From: an uncultured Bacteroidales bacterium
GTDB lineage: Bacteria > Bacteroidota > Bacteroidia > Bacteroidales > CHK158-818
Direction: 5' to 3'
Assembly: GCA_949300615.1 (NCBI GenBank)
Contig: CASGEW010000010.1
Span: 391 to 64,390, forward strand
Length of the DNA: 64,000 nucleotides
The notes beneath the pieces were generated by a model that worked only from the letters and a program-made list of their open reading frames with translations, made no database searches and was not told where the DNA came from. Both the position numbers and the translations under genes were made by a program. Position 1 is the stretch's first letter. Every line of letters starts with the position of its first letter. Positions 9,476-17,496 of the stretch are shown here, one piece after another.

Positions 9476-10861
9476 ATGAGAAAAAAAGTATTTCAGTTTT
9501 TGAAGTCGGAGAACTTTTTGCTTTTTGCATTGGCGCTGATAGCGATAGCTGTTAGCCTTTGTTCGAATGATGGCGTATTGGTTGCGGCTGTTTTTGCCGG
9601 AGCATCGGGTAGTAAGATTGTGTCGGGAGAGTCGCTGACAACCGATATCAGCCGGAGAGAAAGTCCGGACCTGTTGATGAATGAGGTGGATAATGTCATC
9701 ACGAAGATCCGTCCGTTGTCAACCCCGATTGATCAGATTTCGCGCGTGGCCAGAGCCCGCAAAAGCCAGTCGATGATTGTCGATTACTATTCGGTAGATG
9801 TGAAACCGAGCCGTACTACGGTAAAAACCGCTTATACGGAACCCGATAGCGAAGATGCTACGGCCAATGCTCAGCGGGTGAAACTGGCTACGGCCAACGA
9901 TGAAATTTTTGAAGTGTCCGAAACGTTGCTTTTGCCCGGATTGAAAGGTTACGAGGCTGATGGAACGACCTTGTCGAAGTCTGATTTGGTGTTGTATGTG
10001 TCGTCAAAAGATGAGGATGGGTCTATTTATGTCTATGCCATCAACGGGAAGAAAATCGGTACGATTGAAAATTGCGTGCCTTCGCTCTCGGCAGGACAGG
10101 CCATTATCCGAATGGGGCGTGCTGCGACCGAATTGGATGTACAGACCGGTCAGTTTGAGGCGTTGCCTGTCAAGGAGCAGAATTTCTGCCAGATTTTCAA
10201 AATGCAGATTGAAGAATCTACGTTGCAGAAAATTGCCAAAAAGAATGTTCCTTGGAGATTCTCGGATTCGGAAGAGGCTGCCATTTTCGATATGCGCCTG
10301 GGAATGGAGAAGACCTTTATGTTTGGTGTAAAACGTCAGATTTACGATGCCAAAAAGAAAGAGTCTGTTTACCTGACCGGAGGTATCTGGTGGCAGGCCG
10401 GTAAGGAGTATGAATACGATGCTTCGGCTGGATTTACCCAGAACGATTTGGTGGACATTATGAAAGAGGCCTTTACCGGGAATGGCGGTACGAAACGGAA
10501 AATGTTGGTGGGCGGATCGGATTTGATTGCCGCCATCAATAAAATGGAGATTACCAAGGTGATTAATGCCAGTGAAACCACGGCGGCATTCGGGATGGAT
10601 TTCACCCAGATCGTATCGAAATTCGGGAAACTGGGGGTTATCTTCTCAGAAGTCTTTGATGATTGCGGTATGTCCGGTTACGGATTTATCGTAGATCCCG
10701 ATTTGATCACCAAGTGGTCGCATATCCCGTTCGGGAAAGAGCAGCTTGACCTGAAAAAGGCCGGTATCCGAAATGTGGATGCTACGGTACTTACCGAAGC
10801 CAGCTGTTTGACGCTCCGTTATCCGGCGGCCCATATGCGTATCGTTCCCCAAGGAGCATAA
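9476..10861 (+). CDS. putative major capsid protein (HK97-fold type)
   Basis: 461 aa. Its position after the scaffold-like gene fits, as do motifs I associate with podoviral/HK97-like coat proteins (SPDLLMNEVDNVITKIRPLSTPIDQISR; GMEKTFMFGVKRQ; GGIWWQAGKEY). The N-terminal ~65 aa are unusually hydrophobic, so the start is uncertain. Confidence 0.65.
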   Translation: MRKKVFQFLKSENFLLFALALIAIAVSLCSNDGVLVAAVFAGASGSKIVSGESLTTDISRRESPDLLMNEVDNVITKIRPLSTPIDQISRVARARKSQSMIVDYYSVDVKPSRTTVKTAYTEPDSEDATANAQRVKLATANDEIFEVSETLLLPGLKGYEADGTTLSKSDLVLYVSSKDEDGSIYVYAINGKKIGTIENCVPSLSAGQAIIRMGRAATELDVQTGQFEALPVKEQNFCQIFKMQIEESTLQKIAKKNVPWRFSDSEEAAIFDMRLGMEKTFMFGVKRQIYDAKKKESVYLTGGIWWQAGKEYEYDASAGFTQNDLVDIMKEAFTGNGGTKRKMLVGGSDLIAAINKMEITKVINASETTAAFGMDFTQIVSKFGKLGVIFSEVFDDCGMSGYGFIVDPDLITKWSHIPFGKEQLDLKKAGIRNVDATVLTEASCLTLRYPAAHMRIVPQGA

Positions 10862-10902
10862 GCTGTTTGTCTGGGGCTTGTGATTGATTCTTTTTGAAAG
10901 GT

Positions 10903-10957
10903 CGGATTGCCCTGTATGTTTCATGTTGGTGAGAGATAGGGGGCAATCCGTTTCTTT
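10903..10957 (+). terminator. stem-loop plus T-rich tail after the capsid-like gene
   Basis: cggattgccc (10903-10912) pairs with gggcaatccg (10941-10950), followed by tttctttatt. Confidence 0.45.
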
Positions 10958-10971
10958 ATTATTAAAATGCA

Positions 10972-11361
10972 ATGTTTATGGATGATATAAAAATATATAC
11001 GACCCGCCATGGGAATTTAAGTATCCCTTTGTGCGTGGATGGCAAGCAAACCCGGATACGGTTTGTATCCAAAGATAACATAGTGGGGTTTTATGTTACC
11101 GCCGATAAGGCGATACAGCAGGCCGTAGAGTCGATACCGGCTTTCGGTACCAAAATTCAGTTGCAGGCGTCCGGTTACCGGCCTGCGGAGGAGATGGAGA
11201 TTCCGCTGGCTCCTGTCGAAGGTATTACCACGTGGCAGGCTGCCCGTGAATATTTGTGTAAGCCGCCCTATTCAGAGCCGAAAAGGGGACTGAATACGCC
11301 CGAAAAGATTCGTGCCCGAGCCAAAAAGCTGGGACTTTTCTTCCCAGAAATAAAAGAGTGA
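10972..11361 (+). CDS. hypothetical protein (virion module)
   Basis: 129-aa ORF with an ATG start, co-directional between the capsid-like and fibre genes. No motif recognised. Confidence 0.55.
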   Translation: MFMDDIKIYTTRHGNLSIPLCVDGKQTRIRFVSKDNIVGFYVTADKAIQQAVESIPAFGTKIQLQASGYRPAEEMEIPLAPVEGITTWQAAREYLCKPPYSEPKRGLNTPEKIRARAKKLGLFFPEIKE

Positions 11362-11387
11362 GTAGATTAATTTAAAAACAACCAGTT

Positions 11388-14300
11388 ATGCAATATTGTA
11401 ATTTACACGACCGTTCTAATGGATTGTTTCTGGGCTATTTCTCTATGTTGACCGAGGTGTTGAGTAAATATCCCGAAGGGGTACCGGAAGGTAGTTATTT
11501 CGTGAATGGCGAGACGTTGTCTATCTGGGTATGGAACGATGCGGAAAAAGAGTGGATGGATACGAATCGTCCCATGCAAAGCCCGTTGTCGGGTGTAGTG
11601 GATGACCCGGCAACATACCGTCCCGAGGTGGTCAAAGGGGTGAAGGCCTATTATTTGTATATTTCGCCGCCGGCGGACAATCTTTGTTTTGTCCATTTTG
11701 TCAATGGGGATGAACCCTTGCGGATAACGGTTGAACAATCGGCTGTTATCAGCCTGTTTTGGGACGGCGACTTTTGGCACGTGTATATCACTCCTGTTAA
11801 ATTGGAGGCGTTTCAAGCGGAGGCTTATACCGATTTTCGGTTTCAGCTGTCAACCTCGGAAGATACCCCTCCACAGGTGAATCGGCTTTCAGTTAATCCG
11901 GGGGAGGGTTGGGTGTCGCAAATCCCGGAATCTGGTGAAGGGTTGTTTTTGTGGATGATCAGCGCTAAGTTGGATGGTAACGGCGATTTTTGCGATGCCG
12001 AAACCGGCTGGTCGGCTCCTGTTCGTCTGACCGGGGACAAAGGTTCTACCGGCCCTAACGGAGAAAACAGCTATTGTATGGTGTTGAGCAACGACAGCCA
12101 TACGATTCCCTGTCAGAAAGATGGTTCTGGCGGTTATTACGACGGGGCTCATACTACGTGTTATGTCTTTGAGGGGAGCGTGGATATTTCGTCGCAATAT
12201 ACCTTCAACGTAATCGTTCCCGATGGAGTTGTATATACACTGGGAAACCAGAACCGTACGGTGGTGGTTTCCGATATGGAGGATGATTCGGCTACTATTA
12301 CCTTTATCGGCGAATGTCTGGATAAACCTACCTTGTTTAAAATATTTTCTTTGGCTAAAAGCAAACAGGGTTTCGACGGCGATCCGGCTGTAACGTATCG
12401 ACTTTCGGTGTCGGATATTGTTGTAAGGCAGACCTCGGCAGGGTTGAGGGTTCCCGAGCAGTTGACGGTGGAGTCTCTGGTCCAAACGGCCGGAGAAGTT
12501 CCGACTCTTTTCCCGGCATATTTTTTGGTAGAAGGAATAAAGGAAGACTCTTCTCGTACGACGTTGTTGTCAACCACCTCCCCGGTATCGTCAGTCTCTT
12601 TCCCGACGTTGTCTGAATACGACTCTTTTGAAATAACGTTGTATAAAGATTATACTGCGGAAGGAGGATTCCAGAACCGGTTGGATCGTGAGAATATACC
12701 GGTTTTATGCGATGGCGCTGACGGCGTAGGAAGTGTTGGTGCCGTGTTGAGGCCGCGCGGAGAGTGGAGTAATACCAAGATATACGGTTGTTTCGATGCG
12801 TACCGGGATGTGGTCATTTATGGGGAAGATCGAAAATATTATGTTGCCAAAGAGGGGATCGGTTCTATACCGGTGGGAACACTGCCTACCAATACCATTT
12901 ATTGGGAACCGTTTGACGATTACGAGAATATTGCTACCGGATTGTTGTTGGCCGATAACGCATATATCGACATTCTCGGGACGAGTGGTATTCGTATAGG
13001 CAATTACCCCAATTGTTGGGAGATGACGGCGGGAACAATTGTTCACCGGGTTTCTGGATTGTCTTTAACGGCTGATGGCGTATTGTCTGCCCCGGATGGT
13101 TTGCATATAAAGATTGGCAATAATACGATTGCCGATTTTACGGATCAAAAGATTCAAACTTCCGTAACAGAGGTAAAAAGTTATACGGATAATAAGGTTT
13201 CAGATCTACAAATCGGTGGCCGGAATCTATTACCCAACTCAAAAGATGTAAGCGATACGCCTACCTCTTTTGCGGTAGGATATTTGGCTGCATATAGAAA
13301 TTTAACGAGGACCTTAAACGCAGGCGAGACGGTTATTTTTTCATACAGCGGAGTAACATCGAATAGTATTGTTGGATTCGCTTTATATAGTTTAAATTCT
13401 TCCATAGATGTTTTTCCGGCGAATACTCCGGTAACGTTGACGAAGAGTTACGAGCATTTTCGAGTTAGAGTGTCCTCTTCGGCGGCTTTTGCCGCTGCTT
13501 ATATGAAGTTGGAAGTTGGTACAAAAGCAACGGATTGGTCGCCTGCCCCGGAGGATGTACAAGATGAGTTGGACGATAAAGTAGCTACGACGGTTTATAA
13601 TACTGGGATCACACAGTTACAAAGCAGCATTAATTCCAAAGTAAGCCAAACCGATTTCGATGCTTTGGGAAACCGCATCTCTGCGGTTGAAACGGAAATA
13701 ATCCAAACGCCTAATAAAATAACCCAGGCAATAAAGGAAACAAGTATAGGGGGCGATAATCTTCTACCCAATCTACAACAGCGGTGGGCACGAGGACGTT
13801 TTAATTCTTCAACAGGAGCTATTGAGGTGCCATCAGGTACAGGTTGGAGTTATGTGCGAATAAATATATACTGTGCAGAATTTTTCCCGGTAAACGGAGG
13901 AGAAACGCTGGTATTTTCAGCTCCGACGGATCATTCGTACACGTGTTTTCCTGCTCAGTATGATGCGAGCAAGACGTTTATACCTGTTGCACCAGAGCTT
14001 TATTATATGCGTAATTATTACGATGAAAATCAGCCTGATAATTTAAAGTTTTTAACGTTAAAGCCGCAAACGAGATACGTGCGTTGGCAGATACAATGTT
14101 CATACGGAAGCGAGACAGGAGATTTTTACCCATCTTGGTTTGAGACAAACCATGCACAAGTAGAGATAGGTACTAAGCCGTCGGCGTATAAGACGCCGTT
14201 TACCGATGTAACCTATACAGGTATTGATATACAGCAGGGAAAGATTTTTCTTACGTCCGACAAGGTAGAAATATCGGGTTCACTTATTGTCAAAGGTATC

Positions 14301-14864
14301 CAGAACGGAGGGATTAACGTAGGAGGAAACTGCATCATTACCAGTACGGGGTTGATTACTGCCAAAGGAGCGACCATCGAGGGGAAAATAACGGCAACGA
14401 GCGGAAGCATAGGAGGGGTAAGCATAAGCAATAGCCGTATAGGTATTGATTCAAGTAGCTCTACTGCTGTTGGCTCTTTCCTCGCTGCCGGATACTTAGG
14501 AGTAAGAAGTAAGGCCAATTATTTTCGGGTCGATGCGAATGACGCAGAGTTACAATGTACGATAAACAAGCAAAGCGACACAACACCCTGTATAGATATT
14601 AAGAATACATCTACATCCGGCGGGTCAACGGCTGCAACAGCCATCCGGGCGTTCGGTAAAAACGAGTTATACGGAGGAGTTCAAATTATAACGGCAAATG
14701 CAACGCTAATAGACGATGCTGCTCCTAAAATAGAGGTAACCCGAACCGATTTAAAAGTAACGTTGCGATATAATAATACCGGAACGTATGTAACCGGCTA
14801 TTTAAGGATAACATCATCACCGGCAACCGGAGGAGCTGCGACAGTACAATTTGTAAGAGACTAA
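11388..14864 (+). CDS. tail fibre / receptor-binding protein
   Basis: 1158 aa. It has a short collagen-like run GDKGSTGPNGEN (12033-12068). Two tandem modules each start IGG(R/D)NLLPN and end (K)LE(V/I)GTK..., the first continuing into the DWSPAPED motif common in prophage fibres, and are separated by a coiled-coil-like spacer. The C-terminal segment is Gly/Ser/Thr/Ile-rich. Confidence 0.7.
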   Translation: MQYCNLHDRSNGLFLGYFSMLTEVLSKYPEGVPEGSYFVNGETLSIWVWNDAEKEWMDTNRPMQSPLSGVVDDPATYRPEVVKGVKAYYLYISPPADNLCFVHFVNGDEPLRITVEQSAVISLFWDGDFWHVYITPVKLEAFQAEAYTDFRFQLSTSEDTPPQVNRLSVNPGEGWVSQIPESGEGLFLWMISAKLDGNGDFCDAETGWSAPVRLTGDKGSTGPNGENSYCMVLSNDSHTIPCQKDGSGGYYDGAHTTCYVFEGSVDISSQYTFNVIVPDGVVYTLGNQNRTVVVSDMEDDSATITFIGECLDKPTLFKIFSLAKSKQGFDGDPAVTYRLSVSDIVVRQTSAGLRVPEQLTVESLVQTAGEVPTLFPAYFLVEGIKEDSSRTTLLSTTSPVSSVSFPTLSEYDSFEITLYKDYTAEGGFQNRLDRENIPVLCDGADGVGSVGAVLRPRGEWSNTKIYGCFDAYRDVVIYGEDRKYYVAKEGIGSIPVGTLPTNTIYWEPFDDYENIATGLLLADNAYIDILGTSGIRIGNYPNCWEMTAGTIVHRVSGLSLTADGVLSAPDGLHIKIGNNTIADFTDQKIQTSVTEVKSYTDNKVSDLQIGGRNLLPNSKDVSDTPTSFAVGYLAAYRNLTRTLNAGETVIFSYSGVTSNSIVGFALYSLNSSIDVFPANTPVTLTKSYEHFRVRVSSSAAFAAAYMKLEVGTKATDWSPAPEDVQDELDDKVATTVYNTGITQLQSSINSKVSQTDFDALGNRISAVETEIIQTPNKITQAIKETSIGGDNLLPNLQQRWARGRFNSSTGAIEVPSGTGWSYVRINIYCAEFFPVNGGETLVFSAPTDHSYTCFPAQYDASKTFIPVAPELYYMRNYYDENQPDNLKFLTLKPQTRYVRWQIQCSYGSETGDFYPSWFETNHAQVEIGTKPSAYKTPFTDVTYTGIDIQQGKIFLTSDKVEISGSLIVKGIQNGGINVGGNCIITSTGLITAKGATIEGKITATSGSIGGVSISNSRIGIDSSSSTAVGSFLAAGYLGVRSKANYFRVDANDAELQCTINKQSDTTPCIDIKNTSTSGGSTAATAIRAFGKNELYGGVQIITANATLIDDAAPKIEVTRTDLKVTLRYNNTGTYVTGYLRITSSPATGGAATVQFVRD

Positions 14865-14885
14865 ACACTAAAAACAGACAAAACA

Positions 14886-15155
14886 ATGAAACTGAATTTA
14901 AAAGAGTTGCCCGTCGAAGTATCGCCTGACGGCACGATAGAAAACAGAGATGTCCGCACACAGATGGGCAATCTGCTGTGGAACTTTTCGCAAGACATTG
15001 CCCTTTCCGACGTCGGGAGGGAGATTTACCGCAGCGAGGGTGAGATCGAGGTGGCCGATGTATATCGGGAGGGAATCGAAGACCTGGTAAAACGATCAAC
15101 CTTTTTTGCCCCCGTCAAGCGGGCCATATTGAAACAACTTAATACTAACCCATAA
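14886..15155 (+). CDS. hypothetical protein (virion module)
   Basis: 89-aa ORF with an ATG start, 21 nt after the fibre stop. Confidence 0.5.
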   Translation: MKLNLKELPVEVSPDGTIENRDVRTQMGNLLWNFSQDIALSDVGREIYRSEGEIEVADVYREGIEDLVKRSTFFAPVKRAILKQLNTNP

Positions 15156-15176
15156 AAAGAATAGGAGGAATAAATC

Positions 15177-15500
15177 ATGTTAGAAAAAATCAAAACCACC
15201 GTAACCGTAGAAGCGCGAAAAGAGACCGATAACGCGTTGTATCAGTTGAACTATTCGGTCGTGGATAATAGCTTGACGTCTATAAACTGTTCGGTCAATA
15301 AAAAGACTGTTGTACAGGTAGATGCCCCCGAGGGGCAACAATTTGCCGAACAACAGGTGTATGCCGGCAACGTCTATCTGACGAACGGGCACATTACCTG
15401 TTCCATTCCGCAGGGGAATGACGCTACCGCTTATATGGCCGATTTTATGGCGATGGTTGAAGAGATCGAGAGCGACATCGAGACTGAAATCTCAGCATAA
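15177..15500 (+). CDS. hypothetical protein (virion module)
   Basis: 107-aa ORF with an ATG start preceded by aggagg, with an acidic C-terminus. Confidence 0.5.
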   Translation: MLEKIKTTVTVEARKETDNALYQLNYSVVDNSLTSINCSVNKKTVVQVDAPEGQQFAEQQVYAGNVYLTNGHITCSIPQGNDATAYMADFMAMVEEIESDIETEISA

Positions 15501-15527
15501 ACAGCAAAGGAATAAGGAGACGAAGCG

Positions 15528-16154
15528 ATGAAAATCAGTACAGAAGAGTTGAAAAATCTGGTCAAGACCGATATGGAGGAGCTCTCGCCCCAGTGGGAGA
15601 GTGAGGTGTTGCAGACCGACGCCATCGGGATAGAGCGGTATATCGAGACGAAACTGCCCGAGGCCATTCGGCAGGTTTTGTTGTCGGTTTCTCCCAGTAT
15701 GCTGGAAGCCGTTCCGTTCGATGCTGCGCTTTTGCCCCAGAAAAACCAGGATGGCAGCGGTATCGTCCCTCTTCCCGAGGATTGGATGAAGATGGTTTCG
15801 TTCAAGATGAAAGGGTGGAACCGTCCGGTAACCGAGTTCCTTGCCGAGGAGGATCCGCTTGCCATTCGCCAGCAGAATCTCTTTTTGCGGGGCGGTAGTC
15901 TCAAACCGGTTTGTGTGATAGGGCATACCCCCGAGGGCATTTTGTCGCTGTTCTATTATTCGTTACCTGCCTATGTGCGGGTGCATGAGATAGAGCAGGC
16001 GCTCTACCTGCCCTTGCCCAAAGAGGTGGATGGGGCGTACGATTTTCCCCGTCGGTTGATGCCGGAGGTTTGTTACGTGTGTGCCGCTTTGGTGTACGAT
16101 ATTCTGGGACGTCCCGATATGGCAGCCGTGATGAGAGAGCGTGTAACCCTTTAA
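15528..16154 (+). CDS. hypothetical virion protein (possible head-tail adaptor)
   Basis: 208-aa ORF. The pattern LPEDWMKMVSFKMKGWNRPVTEF...PLAIRQQNLFLRGGSLKPV resembles connector/adaptor-type proteins of Bacteroides phages as I recall them. The functional call is weak. Confidence 0.4.
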   Translation: MKISTEELKNLVKTDMEELSPQWESEVLQTDAIGIERYIETKLPEAIRQVLLSVSPSMLEAVPFDAALLPQKNQDGSGIVPLPEDWMKMVSFKMKGWNRPVTEFLAEEDPLAIRQQNLFLRGGSLKPVCVIGHTPEGILSLFYYSLPAYVRVHEIEQALYLPLPKEVDGAYDFPRRLMPEVCYVCAALVYDILGRPDMAAVMRERVTL

Positions 16155-16167
16155 AAATGTTTTTGAT

Positions 16168-16557
16168 ATGACACGATTGAGTTATTATTATGGATTGAAA
16201 GCAGCTATGAAGGATTATCCCGAGGGGGGGATGGCCGGCGACTGTTTCGTCAATGGCGAGACCTGCTCTATCTGGATGTGGGACCCCGTTTGCCGGGAAT
16301 GGACCGATACCAACCGTCCGTTGCAAAGCCCCTTGGCGGGGTTGATTATTGATGCGGCCACATTCTGCCCTTCGGTACATCCCGGCGTTCGGTGCGTATA
16401 TCTGTTCGTTTCGGGTACGGGCGGGACATTCGAGTTTCCCTATTTCCGCAACGAGGATATACCGTTGAAGGTGGTGTTGTCGGGACCGTCTCAGGTTTGG
16501 TTGTATTGGAACGGCGACAATTGGGAGGTACAGGTAATCCCTTCGGTTGCCGAGTAG
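16168..16557 (+). CDS. fibre N-terminal-domain paralog (stand-alone 129-aa protein)
   Basis: By my eye alignment it matches residues ~20-150 of the 1158-aa fibre at roughly 40-45% identity: DYPEGGMAGDCFVNGETCSIWMWD..REWTDTNRPLQSPLAG versus KYPEGVPEGSYFVNGETLSIWVWN..KEWMDTNRPMQSPLSG. Confidence 0.7.
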   Translation: MTRLSYYYGLKAAMKDYPEGGMAGDCFVNGETCSIWMWDPVCREWTDTNRPLQSPLAGLIIDAATFCPSVHPGVRCVYLFVSGTGGTFEFPYFRNEDIPLKVVLSGPSQVWLYWNGDNWEVQVIPSVAE

Positions 16558-16571
16558 TGTAGAACCGATGC

Positions 16572-16628
16572 CGGGGAGCAAATTTCCGAGATGAGGTAAA
16601 CCGGTGTTTACGGGCGGTTTGCTCCCCG
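16572..16628 (+). terminator. nested stem-loop between the structural and lysis genes
   Basis: cggggagcaaa (16572-16582) pairs with tttgctccccg (16618-16628). An inner hairpin gtaaac/gtttac lies at 16596-16611. It is followed by acattttatt. Confidence 0.4.
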
Positions 16629-16649
16629 ACATTTTATTCATGTACGGAT

Positions 16650-17105
16650 ATGACGAAATTATTTATTACGATTGTTTTCCCCGTGTGGGCGTTGTCGGCG
16701 CAAGAGGGGTTGAGAGTGTTTCTTTTGCCGTTGTGGCCGATGTATGTTTTGTTTGCGGCATTGGTGCTGGCCGATTTACGTCTGGGGGTACGTGCAGCCC
16801 GTCTTCGTGGCGAGGTGGTACGCCGCAGCCGGGCGTGGCGACGGACACTGTCGAAATATATCGACTATTGTTGTGTGGTAACGGCGTGTAAGATGTTCGA
16901 CGATTTTATCGTTTCGCAGTACAGCGTGCCGTTGGTTTACATTTCGTTTTGTTTGGTGTTGGCATGGGTGGAGTTGGATTCGGTGTTTTCCAACTTCGGC
17001 GAGTTGCACGGCATCAATGTCTTGAAAGCTGTCAAGCAGTTTATAAATGAGAAAATATCGATTGATTTACCCGAAAAAGAAGATAGAAGAGATGCAGATA
17101 AGTGA
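16650..17105 (+). CDS. phage holin-family membrane protein
   Basis: 151 aa with several hydrophobic helices. The motif LADLRLGVRAARLRGEVVRRSRAWRRTLSKYIDYCCVV resembles the holin_4_1-type family. It lies directly upstream of, and overlaps, the endolysin gene. Confidence 0.65.
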   Translation: MTKLFITIVFPVWALSAQEGLRVFLLPLWPMYVLFAALVLADLRLGVRAARLRGEVVRRSRAWRRTLSKYIDYCCVVTACKMFDDFIVSQYSVPLVYISFCLVLAWVELDSVFSNFGELHGINVLKAVKQFINEKISIDLPEKEDRRDADK

Positions 17106-17490
17106 ACATTTTTCGATGGACGAGTTTTGTATAAGCGATACGGCCAAGCGGCTTGGTATCGCCAATTTGCCCGACCAGGAGGCATCCGAATCGTTGGTTT
17201 ATCTGGTTCGGAACTTGCTCGAACCCTTGCGTCGGGCGTACGGGAAGCCCCTACACATAAACAGCGGCTACCGTTGTCCGGCCCTGAACCGGGCGGTGGG
17301 AGGCGTCTCCTCTTCCCAGCATTTGAAAGGAGAGGCGGCCGATATTTCGTGCGACGATCCGGTTGCGTTGTTGCAGCAGTTGCGCCAGACGGAGCTTGTC
17401 TTTGATCAGGCCATTCTTTACCCTACGTTTTTACATGTGTCGCTTCGCCGTCAGAATAACCGGCAGCGTATTATCATCAAAAAAAAATAG
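17092..17490 (+). CDS. peptidase M15-family (D-Ala-D-Ala carboxypeptidase-like) endolysin
   Basis: MQISEHFSMDEFCISDTAKRLGIAN...INSGYRCPALNRAVGGVSSSQHLKGEAADI carries the H..D...H zinc-peptidase M15A pattern. I prefer the ATG at 17092, which overlaps the holin stop by 14 nt, to the ATG at 17047 given in the track. Confidence 0.8.
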   Translation: MQISEHFSMDEFCISDTAKRLGIANLPDQEASESLVYLVRNLLEPLRRAYGKPLHINSGYRCPALNRAVGGVSSSQHLKGEAADISCDDPVALLQQLRQTELVFDQAILYPTFLHVSLRRQNNRQRIIIKKK

Positions 17491-17496
17491 ACCGCT

